From: Octopus sinensis
Taxonomy: Eukaryota
Assembly (NCBI RefSeq): GCF_006345805.1
Contig: NW_021824982.1
Location: 1 to 16,833 of the forward strand
Reading direction: 5' to 3'
DNA length: 16,833 nucleotides
The notes beneath the pieces were generated by a model. It saw only the letters and a list, made by a program, of their open reading frames with translations, was not told where the DNA came from and did no database searches. Position numbers and translations under genes: made by a program. Positions 1 through 9,618 of the stretch are shown here, in pieces; positions within the stretch are counted from its first letter, which is position 1, and each line of letters starts with the position of its first letter.

Positions 1-132
1 ATTTTGACCACAAATATATATATTTTTTAACATTTAAGCCTTCTGTCGTTTTTTCACACTTTACTATTTTCTTATATATTCACCCACGTGCTTTACCAAA
101 CAAACTTTCTTATCTATATATATATATATATA

Positions 133-212
133 CTTTATTTAAAGCAGCAGAAGATTCAACAAGATCTGTTACTCTGAGTTTCCCGTTGCCGTTGATCGAC
201 AGTTTTTGCTAG
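133..212 (-). mobile_element. Probable Penelope-like retroelement terminal-repeat remnant carrying the hammerhead motif
   Basis: About 80 bp of non-repetitive sequence between two (TA)n tracts. It contains the hammerhead fold followed on the minus strand by an AATAAA (TTTATT at 134-139). Minimal type I hammerheads are an established feature of PLE terminal repeats. Assignment to a PLE is inference, since no RT or GIY-YIG sequence is seen. Confidence 0.45.
166..202 (-). ncRNA. Degenerate minimal type I hammerhead ribozyme (Penelope-like-element type)
   Basis: Minus strand reads CTGT-CGATCA-ACG-GCAA-CGG-GAAA-CTCAGAG-TA-ACAG. Helix I is CTGT/ACAG. The core is CGATCA instead of CTGATGA. Helix II is (A)CG/CG(G) with a GCAA tetraloop, followed by GAAA. 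Helix III is near-palindromic ACTC-A-GAGT, and the cleavage triplet is GUA. Confidence 0.65.
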
Positions 213-432
213 AATATATATATATAATATATATATATATTATATATATATAATTCATAATATATATATATATATATATATAATATATATTATATAATAT
301 GTATATATGTATGGTATGTAACGTATGTATGTATGTATGTATGTCGGTATTGTATGTATGTATGTATGTATGTATGTATGTATGTATTATGTTATGTATG
401 TATGTATGTATTATTATGTATTGTATATGTCT
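213..432. repeat. Compound (TA)n/(TATG)n microsatellite
   Basis: Directly visible tandem repeats. Confidence 0.95.
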
Positions 433-645
433 GTATATTTTTTTATGTTGCACATTGCCGACAAAATTCCGCTAACATCCTATATGTAACGTGTGGACCG
501 AATAATAAATTATCCTTTGGTCGCATACACAACCGTATGATCTGAACTTGACGAATGGTGACCTAAATATGTAGAAGCTACTTTACGTTTGTTTTAAATT
601 CTCTCTATTCTGCACCAGAACATCATATGCCACCACCACTCCCCG

Positions 646-653
646 CACACACA

Positions 654-698
<45 letters not shown>
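646..698. repeat. (CA)n microsatellite
   Basis: Directly visible. Confidence 0.97.
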
Positions 699-699
<1 letters not shown>

Positions 700-1195
700 C
701 AAGCAAAAGAATAGTGGCACTGCTTTCACATTTATTCTACGGTTACAGCTGTCTCAACAACATAGATTAAATAATTCAGTTAGCAAGTTGGAAAACATGA
801 ATTTTGAGTAACAATTATTTAACAGTGTTTTTTATGTTATTGATCAGATAATGAAAAACGCATCGTCGTTTTATCATGACCTTGATGAATAAATTAAAAC
901 GAGAGCAAGTTGAATTCATCTCCATCCAGACACAGACAACGAGGCGAGAGCTGTTTTTACAACATGGCGGTGTTTTCGTCTGAAAAGCAAACAAAACAAT
1001 GGTAAAAATGGCGGTTTTAGTGTATCACTTGACAAGATCAGTTTAGAAATAGGATTCATTAATTAGTCTGAATATTGAGGCAGTTGTCTGGTCGAGCAGG
1101 TCATACATTATTAAAAATGTTTATCATTGTGCAAAGTGTCATAAATCACTTGGAATACGCATGTTTGGAAATAGTTTGTAGAACATCTTAACGAT

Positions 1196-1763
1196 GAGAG
1201 AGAGAGAAAGAGAGAGAGAGAGAAGGATAAAGAGAGAGAGAGAGAGAAGGAGAGAAAGAGAGAGAGAAGGAGAGAGAGAAGGAGAGAGAGAAGGAGAGAG
1301 AGAAGGAGAGAGAGAAGGAGAAAGAGAGAGAGAAGAAGAGAAAGAGAGAAGGAGAAAGAGAGAGAAGGAGAAAGAGAGAGAGAAGGAGAAAGAGAGAGAG
1401 AAGGAGAGAGAGAAGGAGAAAGAGAGAGAGAAGGAGACAGAGAGAGAGAAGGAGAGAGAGAAGGAGAAAGAGAGAGAGAAGGAGAGAAAGAGAGAGAGAA
1501 GGAGAAAGAGAGAGAGAAGGAGAGAGAGAGAAGGAGAGAGAGAGAAGGAAAGAGAGAGAGAAGGAGAAAGAGAGAGAGAAGGAGAGAGAGAGAAGGAGAA
1601 AGAGAGAGAGAAGGAGAGAGAGAGAGAAGGAGAAAGAGAGAGAGAAGGAGAAAGAAAGAGAGAAGGAGAGAGAGAGAGAAGGAGAGAGAGAAGTAGAAAG
1701 AGAGAGAGAGAGAAGGAGAAAGAGAGAGAGAGAGGGAGAGATAGAGAGAGAGAGAGGGAGAGA
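1196..1763. repeat. About 570-bp near-pure polypurine (GA)n tract punctuated by GAGAAG/GAGAAA hexamers
   Basis: Almost only G and A on the + strand. It produces the spurious RE/EK-rich and SL-rich ORFs. Confidence 0.95.
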
Positions 1764-2038
1764 ATAAAAACGAATGGCAGGAAAAGAAGAAACAATAGGA
1801 GATAGAAAAGAAGAGTTTGAGAGACGGATAATGATGAAAGAGTAAGCGCCATATACAGTCTCGAATGTCTGTATACATATGTATATATATATATCTGTAT
1901 ACATGAACACTCGACTCTTAATCACCTGTGTCTATATACAGGTGAATTTGTCCAAGATGTTCCCTTATTAATTTACTCATCAAGGCCATGATGACAACAA
2001 CAATGATTTTATTCTTATCATTATATCATTAATATTAA

Positions 2039-2264
2039 GGCGGTGAGCTGGCAAAATCGTTAGCGCACCGGACGAAAATGCTTTCTCGCATTTCGTCCGT
2101 CTTTATGTTCAGAGTTCAAATTCCGCCGATGTTAACTTTGACTTTCATCCTTTTGGGGTCGATATAATAAATACAAGTTGAGCATTGGGGTTGATATAAT
2201 CGACTTATACCCTCTCCCAATTGTTGGCCTTGTTTCTCGATTTGAATCCATTATTATTATTATT
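2039..2264 (+). mobile_element. tRNA-derived SINE, monomer (family A), with (ATT)n tail
   Basis: Starts GGCGGTGAGCTGGCAAAATCGTTAG (A-box-like) and has the B box GTTCAAATTCC at 2114-2124. It is homologous to the copies at 10679-11068 (-), 13955-14117 and 14118-14501, and ends in (ATT)n at 2250-2264. Confidence 0.88.
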
Positions 2265-2444
2265 GAGTGAGAGAGCAGTGCATGCCATCAAAGTGACACT
2301 GGGGTAAAATATACGAAGCCCAATATACCCATCATGACTACCCGTCTGATAAAGGTACACCAGGCACATGCATCACAACCATATGTGCGCGACATGGTGA
2401 TCTCATATCAAGATAAACAGCACATGACCTTGCAGGTGGGGCCC
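2265..2444 (-). mobile_element. 180-bp interspersed-repeat fragment, probably the 3' end of a 5'-truncated non-LTR retroelement inserted into (ATT)n
   Basis: Sharp-edged block of complex sequence between two (ATT)n/(TTA)n tracts. On the minus strand it would end in an (AAT)n tail. I recall it as a common octopus repeat but have not verified this. Confidence 0.55.
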
Positions 2445-2479
2445 TTATTATTATTATTATTATTATCATTATTATTATT

Positions 2480-2540
<61 letters not shown>
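2445..2540. repeat. (TTA)n microsatellite
   Basis: Directly visible. Confidence 0.97.
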
Positions 2541-2541
<1 letters not shown>

Positions 2542-2825
2542 AAATCAATATTTACGTAATCATTGTTCATCCATATGTGGTGGAAACAGCTGAAACTGAG
2601 GAATAACTGTGATATCAGTATATCCATTCTTCGCGACTGATGAAAACTTCCTGGCTATTCAGTTTGTATGAAGCACAATGTTCTTTAGTCTTACCAACTT
2701 AGGTAATAATTAATTAAAAAATTTTTCGAGGTAATAAAAACAAACAAATCAGTGAACTCTTTTCGGTGGTAATGCGAGCAAGTCAAGGTTAATTCTTGTT
2801 TATAATTTAATAATTGGTCTTTGAA

Positions 2826-3735
2826 AATAACAAACTAATTGTGTGTGCGGTCTTTTCAACTGGATTAAATGACGGTTTAGTCGAACACAATAATCCATTA
2901 CCAAACCTAGAAGAAGTGTTCTCAAGATTAAATGGAGGGAAAATGTTCTCGAAGTTAAACTTCTCGGAGGCTTATCTGCAGATACAGCAGAGGAAGATTG
3001 ATCACACGTTTTAACAATCAACACACACCATGGATTGGATGAATTCAAACAACTTCTTTTTGGAGTAAAAGTGGCACCTGCCATATTGCAACAAGTGATG
3101 GACGCAATGCTAAACGATTGCGACTTCGCCATCGTTTATCTCGAAGATATTTTGATAAAAAGCGAGTCATTGGAGCAACATTTCGAACATACTGAAAAAG
3201 TATTCAGATAAATAAATGAATTTGGGTTTAGACTAACAGAGGAAAAGTGTGAATTTTTGATGAAAAAAATTAAATATATAGGTCAAGTAATTGACGAAAG
3301 GGGACGAAGGCCAGACCCATCAAGGGCGACGGCAATACGGAATATGCCTCCCCCAACGAACGTCAAATTGTTACAAATTGTTACAAACTTTCAAAATTGG
3401 TGATAAGGTGTACATGAGGTCGTATAAGAAAGGAAAACATTACTGGGAAGAAAGCAAAAATTACAAAGTACATAGGCAAAATGATGTACGGAATTAAAAG
3501 CAGAAAAGGTATTGGAAAAAGACATAGAAACCAATTGAAGAAGAGATTCGCAGAAAATGAGCCAGGCAGATTAGAAGAACCTATGAAATGGCTGTATGAC
3601 ACATTCCAGGAACCAACACCTTTTGAAGGGGTTGAACCTACGCGTACAAATGGAAGAGAAAAGAAGAACGCAGAGTTCCTACAAATAGACGCCAAAAAGG
3701 AAAAAAATATTAAGTTGGAAAAAGAAAAACGCTAA
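2826..3735 (+). mobile_element. pol: Degenerate Ty3/Gypsy (K02A2.6-like) pol relic: RT domain fused to the post-integrase C-terminal tail
   Basis: Translates as NKLIVCAVFSTGLND...PLPNLEEVFSRLNGGKMFSKLNFSEAYLQIQ, then a frameshift near 2988, then LTINTHHGL...LLFGVKVAPAILQQVMDAML...YLED (3137-3148, decayed YLDD)...stop 3209-3211...GFRLTEEKCEF...IKYIGQVIDERGRRPDP...PPTNVKLLQ. It then jumps to FKIGDKVYMRSY...W(frameshift)KITKYIGKMMY...RHRNQLKKRF and a stop at 3733-3735. Confidence 0.93.
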
Positions 3736-3738
3736 AAT

Positions 3739-4034
<296 letters not shown>

Positions 4035-4261
4035 GATATATAGTGTTTGTTTGTTTATATTTTTTATCTCTATTAATTGGCTCAAAGCTGCTTTTCATTT
4101 AAAATCCTATAGCTGGTTTATTTTATCGGAATCAGTCTTTAGGTTGACAGTTGAAGGTGTCTGTGAAAGAATTTTTAGACAACGCAGTGAAACATATTGA
4201 ATACAATCTGGTTTGCTATTGTCTGGACGAAATCCCTTGCTTTTTAAATAAATATTAACAA

Positions 4262-4285
4262 TAAGAGGTGGAGGGAAAAAGTTCC
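4262..4285 (+). mobile_element. Solo mariner-TIR-like sequence
   Basis: GAGGTGGAGGGAAAAAGTTCC (4265-4285) matches the mariner terminus at 8474-8494 at 18 of 21 positions. It lies one base downstream of a TA at 4262-4263. Confidence 0.35.
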
Positions 4286-4884
4286 ACATATACATGCAAT
4301 TTAAAAATGCAAAATGCAAATCGACTTATCGAATTTTGATCAATCTCCTATTTTGTTGCCTGACAACGAAGAATGTTTAGCAATCAAAATGGTGAGCCTT
4401 TATAGCTTGAAATTATCGTCTGCTTCTTCCATTTTCTTTTTCCTTCTTTTGTTAAAGTAGTCAGTGGCGTCACCCGCGACTCGGCTGTTATTTTCCATCA
4501 CATATTACGTCTCTCAACTCATTTTATGTAGAATTGAACTTTTAACTTCTTCTTTCCCCAACACCTTCATCATTCACTCATCGTTTTCAATCATCATCCT
4601 TTCTTCCAATTTACAATTAACGTTTTTTTTTTCTTTCCATGTAATATATTTTTCTATTCCTTGCTCCTTCACCTCTCATACATTCTTTCCCGTTCTCTCT
4701 ATATTCCGTTCTTCCCACCACCACCACCACCACCATCACCACAACTCTCTCTTCCTCTCTCTGCCTTATTAGAAACCATTTTGCTCCTTCTCCCTCATAT
4801 TTGACTCTGTTTTACTCCTCTTTCTTCAATTTTTCAATCGCCTCCATCTTTCCTGCTCTTTCTCATTACATCATATAATAACAC

Positions 4885-4973
4885 TTTTCCCTACTCTCTC
4901 TCCCTTTCTTTCTCTCTCTCTCTCTTTCTCTCTCTCTGTCGTACTCTGCTATTTCTCTGTCTCTCTCTTTCTC

Positions 4974-5030
<57 letters not shown>

Positions 5031-5370
5031 ATCTCACTCTGTCGTACTCTGCTCTTTCTCTGTCTCTCTCATTCTCTCACCATGTCTCCTTTGCTTCTTT
5101 CTTCTCTCTTCTTTCCCTTGTCTTTATCGATGTCACACCTCCCTCATATTCTCTCCTCTGTCTCCTCCCTCGTATTCTATCCATATCCCTTCTCCCTTCC
5201 TTCCTCTTTCTCTATCTGTTTTTCACTTTTCCCCATACCACTCTCTTCTCTATCCCCCCTTTCTCCTCCGCACTTTCACTTTACACTTTCATTTTCATTA
5301 CACACACACACACACACATACAGATATATAAATATACATATATATATTTATATATACATATATATTTATA

Positions 5371-5409
<39 letters not shown>

Positions 5410-5460
5410 ACACATATACACACTCATATCTCCGTCTCTATCTCTCTTTCATCTCCCTAG
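4885..5460. repeat. (CT)n-rich pyrimidine tract followed by (CA)n/(TA)n
   Basis: Directly visible. Confidence 0.9.
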
Positions 5461-5539
5461 GGACATAATTATTGTTTAGATTCTGTCTTTTACTTTTGCA
5501 ATTTTGGCGCGAATTCGCCTCCAGCAATTTTATACTTAA

Positions 5540-5911
5540 CACCACATCTGCCACCACCACCACCATCACAACCACCACTATCACAACCACTACCATCACC
5601 ATCATCACCACCACTAAAACCAACAACAGCAGTCATCACTATCACGGACATCATCACCCGCATCGCATCATCATCGTCATCATGACAACCACAACCACCA
5701 ACACCACCACCACCACCACCACCACCACTACCACCACCACCACTACCATCATCATCATCCTCACTGCCAACACCAACACCATTACCACCACCACTACCAC
5801 CACCATCATCATCATCATCATCATCACCGCCACCATCATCATCATCGGGGTCTTCACCACTACCACCACCACCACCACCACCACCACCACCACCACCACC
5901 ACCACCCTCAC

Positions 5912-5955
<44 letters not shown>

Positions 5956-5965
5956 CCATCACTTT
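5540..5965. repeat. Compound (ACC)n/(ATC)n trinucleotide repeat
   Basis: Directly visible. All frames give homopolymeric peptides. Confidence 0.93.
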
Positions 5966-6169
5966 CATTCCACATGCCTCACCTTCATCATTATCGTCGC
6001 TGTTACTGCAACTGAAACACGATCACTAACTTCCTTCCCCGCCACCACCGATACTATCACACAAATTTTAGGGACCCAACATGGTCCCCAAAATCAACAG
6101 CAACAACAAAAGCAACAACGCAGCCATTTTAGTAGCAACAGCACAAACAGTAGTACACTCCGCTTGATT

Positions 6170-6860
6170 CTACCACCGAAGCCACCACCACCACCACCAC
6201 CACCAACAGCTCCACCACCATCACCAGCACTTGCATCACCATCGACACTACCACCACAACTACCACCATCACCACCACTGCCAACATCACCGACGCTACC
6301 ACCACCACCACCAACACCAACACTGGCACTACTACCACACCGTGGACCCCTACCACTACCAGCATTTGCACCACCAGCACTTGCAACACGACGACCGCCA
6401 CTAGCACCACTACCATCAGCACCAGCACCAGCACCAGCACCAGCACCACCACAACGACCACCAGCACTTGCACCACCACCACCACCACAACGACGACCAC
6501 TACCATCATCATCACCATCACAACCACCACAACATTCACCGCCGCCGCTGCCACTGCCGCCACCGATGCCGCCACCACCACGACCACCACCACGGCTACC
6601 ACCACCAACATCACCACCACCACCACCACCACCACCACCACCACCTGCACTTGCGCCACCTCCGCCGCCGCCGCCAACACTACCATCATCATCATCATCA
6701 TCATCTCAAGCACTACCAATGCAACCATCGTCGAAGCGACGGCCGAGGTAGCCTCTGCCATCGCCACAAACCACTAAATAGAAATCACAGCTCCATCATA
6801 ATCAATCGATCGTTACGACCAGAACCTCCCACACCGCTACCCACATCCCACTACCCACAC
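6170..6860. repeat. Degenerate (ACC)n/(AGC)n/(GCC)n trinucleotide array with a recurrent GCACTTGC motif
   Basis: Triplet-periodic, C/A-rich sequence. GCACTTGC recurs near 6226, 6377, 6464 and 6647, with a variant GCATTTGC near 6362. Confidence 0.88.
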
Positions 6861-7039
6861 TAACGCCTGCGCCAACACCGCCGTATGTCCCCCCCCCACC
6901 AAAGGCCACCACCCACCGACCCACCCGACCAAGACCACGTGTTTGCAAAGCTGGGATGAATGAAATATATTGGACAGAAGAAAATGGAGAAGTTTATAGT
7001 TATTGACTTCCGGGGACGTGAAAACGTTTCTAGTATGTT

Positions 7040-7225
7040 GCCGCTATTGTCGCTGCTGCTGCTGCCGCTGTTGCTGCTTCTGCTGCTGTTGCTGCTACTC
7101 CTGCTACTGTTGCTGCTGCTGTTGTTGATGATGGTGATGTGTGCAAACGCACGCACGTGGAGTTCACAGACACAGACACACACACACACACATCTCTCTC
7201 TCTCTCTCTCATATACACACTTAAG

Positions 7226-7260
<35 letters not shown>
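7040..7260. repeat. (CTG/TTG)n, then (CA)n, (CT)n and (TA)n microsatellites
   Basis: Directly visible. Confidence 0.92.
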
Positions 7261-7263
<3 letters not shown>

Positions 7264-7449
7264 TTCGGCTGCTCTACATTGATAAGGTGCAAATACCCTG
7301 AAACTAGTCTGTATATCCAGGACCAGTAAAGGGAAGCGGCTGACTTCCCCTGTTCGAAGGTTATAATGGACACAGATTCGTGTGTCACATAGCTAATCAA
7401 CGGCGCATTCGTCCTATTTTTCTGGACTGCCATGTTAGCTTGGCGTTAA

Positions 7450-7451
<2 letters not shown>

Positions 7452-7493
<42 letters not shown>

Positions 7494-7681
7494 ATATATA
7501 TATATATATATACCACAAACACATAACCGATGATGATAGATAGACAAATAGATTAATTGATTGATTGATAAGTCAATAGATAAATAGATACATAGAAAAT
7601 AGATAGACAGATAGACAGATAGACAGACAGGCAGGCAGAAGGATAGATAGACAGAGATAGGCAGAGAGACAGACATATATT

Positions 7682-7713
<32 letters not shown>

Positions 7714-7760
7714 CAGGCAGGCAGGCAAGGATAGATAGATAGACAGATAGATAGATAAAT
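7452..7760. repeat. (TA)n followed by a (GATA)n/(GACA)n/(GGCA)n tetranucleotide array
   Basis: Directly visible. Confidence 0.92.
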
Positions 7761-7974
7761 GGATAGAAATGTGGTATATATTCAGGCTTATTTTTAAACT
7801 TAATTTTCTGCGGTCATCAACAGAACATTGAGCGACAATATATTTCCGGTTTGCTGAACGATATTCTTGTAAGTCTGTTTCTAATAATATTTGTCTGCTG
7901 ACGTCGCCGAGTTCTTAGATTATTAGAATAAAATAACAGAAAGAAAATTCAGCTTTCAGCTTGACTGCAACATC

Positions 7975-8283
7975 CGTCTTGGCACTCCATCGGTCACGTC
8001 GATGTGGGTTCCAGTTGATCCGATCAACGGAACACCTTGCTCATGAAATTAACGTGCAAGTGGCTGAGCACTCCACAAACACGCATACCCTTAATGTAGT
8101 TCTCAGTAAGATTAAGTATAATAGAATGTGACAAGGTTGGTTCTCTGATTTCAAATACAGGTGCTACTCATTTTTACCAGCGGAATGAACTGGAGAAAGG
8201 TGAAATAAAGTGACTTGCTCAAGGACACAACCCACGACCTTACGATCGTGGGCCGAATACTCAAACCCCTAAACCATGCGCCT
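7975..8283 (-). mobile_element. tRNA-derived CORE-type SINE (family B), near full length, B box deleted
   Basis: The minus strand begins GGCGCATGGTTTAGGGGT (A-box-like). The T-arm/B box is missing after GTCGTGGGTT. It then continues TGTCCTTGAGCAAGTCACTT, which matches the MIR/CORE motif TGACCTTGGGCAAGTYACTT. Segment 8014-8180 is homologous to 15940-16098. Confidence 0.85.
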
Positions 8284-8472
8284 TCACTAACATCCGACCT
8301 AAGGCGATATTTGTTAACAATGTTCAACAGAACAATCAAGCAAAAACTAAAAGGAGAAAAAGAAAACACTTCCCTCCTAACCACACATACCACAATTTGT
8401 TGGACAGGCTTACTAGCTGTATTGGAGTTAGATTAAGCCGTTTATTTTCTTTTCTACTTATTTTAACCAGCG

Positions 8473-8805
8473 TGAGGTGGTATGAAAAAGTTCCCCGACT
8501 AGTTACGTTTAATTAAAAAATTATTTATTTATTTAAAATTAAGTTTTAACATCATCTCCTTCGAAATAGTAATCTTATCAATACACCGGTCCCAGCGTTC
8601 CTGCCGGTTTTGGAATCTGGTCTGGAAGTCGCTTTCCGTAAGCGAGTAGAGGACTTTCTGCGATTCGCTCTTGATCTCGACAACGGTGTTACAACGGCGA
8701 CCTTTGAACTGCCTTTTCATCTTGGAGAAGAAATGGAAACCTGCAGGTGTTAAGTCTAGCGAATGGAGCGGGTGCAGAAATGATACCATTTTGTTTTACA
8801 TCGAA
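8473..8805 (-). mobile_element. Mariner relic: transposase C-terminus plus right TIR
   Basis: Minus strand reads MVSFLHPLHSLDL (decayed HPPYSPDL)...KMKRQFKGRR...ERWDRCI...YFEGD, with the stop at 8539-8541. The TIR-like TGAGGTGGTATGAAAAAGTTCCCCGACT starts at 8473. Confidence 0.92.
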
Positions 8806-9311
8806 AAGATTTTGGACCTTACCTGTCGACGGTATCAAGAGAGCAACCCAACTGCTGAGCCAATCCCTACTTGATTAGTGCGGATCCTCTTGGATGAGCT
8901 GGTTCAATCGATCCTCATTGAGCTGAACAAGTCGGTTGGAACGCGGAGAGTCTGTGAGGTCGAATTTCCCCTCCAGGAAGCGTGAAAACCATTTATGTGA
9001 AGTTCTTTGAATAATGGCGCCTTCACCGTACACAGCACAAATCTTGAACAGCTTTGACAAATTTTGAACTTTGATTGAAAGCGAAGAGAATCAGCCTTTG
9101 AAAATGCTCGTTTATTTTTCTACTTGATCCTCTATCCTCGTATATCATTATAAAAGAGGTAAAAATTTATATAAATTTGGAAAATCATAAACAAAATGAT
9201 GTCGAAGAAGAACAGAGCTACAAAAAAAAAAAAAACTGCGATAAAAATTTCTTTCATGTTAATGCAAATATTTGAAAGAAACGAACGAATTAATCTGACC
9301 ACCCCACTGTA
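8806..9311 (-). mobile_element. Mariner relic: left terminus plus transposase N-terminal HTH region
   Basis: Minus strand has a mutated start (ATA at 9135-9133), then EDQVEK/NEHFQRLILFAFNQ.../ICAVYGEGAIIQRTSHKWFSRFLEGKFDLTDSPRS...EDPH.../LAQQLGCSLDTV...GKVQNL, which is the region just before the WVPHEL motif. The terminus TA-CAGTGGGGTGGTCAGATTAATTCG begins at 9311. Confidence 0.9.
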
Positions 9312-9312
9312 A

Positions 9313-9505
9313 TAGCTACAAAGTTGCTTGACTAGCTAGAATTAGCAAGCAAATATATTTCAAATCCCACCTTAGAGTCTCAAATAAGGAAAGGCCATTT
9401 GATAATGTAGTCCTTTACACCGCTGATATGACGCGATAGACACAACCAGGATACCTAGGATCATAGACTTATTGGATCAGGATTTAGACAGAGATAAACA
9501 ACAAA
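9313..9505 (+). mobile_element. Old SINE 3'-tail remnant ending in (AAC)n
   Basis: Weak similarity to 10225-10345 (CCCAC...GTCT..AATAAGGAA...TAAACAACAA). It is otherwise recalled as an octopus repeat, unverified. Confidence 0.35.
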
Positions 9506-9618
9506 CACGATAATCTCTTGGACAAATGGGTTTTACATAATACGGTGGCATCTTTTGCCTTTTCGCTCATTTTACTTTCTTCTTCAATATCTTCATTCCG
9601 ATCAATACTTTCTCGTGG

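Noticed and set aside
1111-1925. Four overlapping ORFs of more than 200 aa (SL-rich and RE/EK-rich)
   Set aside because: They are products of a GA-only repeat that cannot contain stop codons. There is no domain or splice context.
2039-2130. tRNA genes at the SINE heads (also 8200-8283 and 16182-16250)
   Set aside because: A and B boxes are present but there is no complete cloverleaf, and each continues into a SINE body.
2596-2665. CTGAGGA (2596) and CTGATGA (2637) as hammerhead cores
   Set aside because: Stems follow, but there is no GAAA at the required position and no helix III or helix I.
4313-4410. Short frame MQIDLSNFDQSPILLPDNEECLAIKM ending at a GTGAGC donor-like site
   Set aside because: No recognisable homology or acceptor, and compatible with chance.
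5502-5518. E2F-like TTTTGGCGCGAA overlapping the palindrome GCGAATTCGC
   Set aside because: An isolated motif between two repeat tracts with no promoter context.
5472-6863. Poly-T/I/D/G/V/M/H/P ORFs, including an extensin- or formin-like 195-aa frame
   Set aside because: Trinucleotide repeats are open in nearly all frames on both strands, so openness is not evidence of coding.
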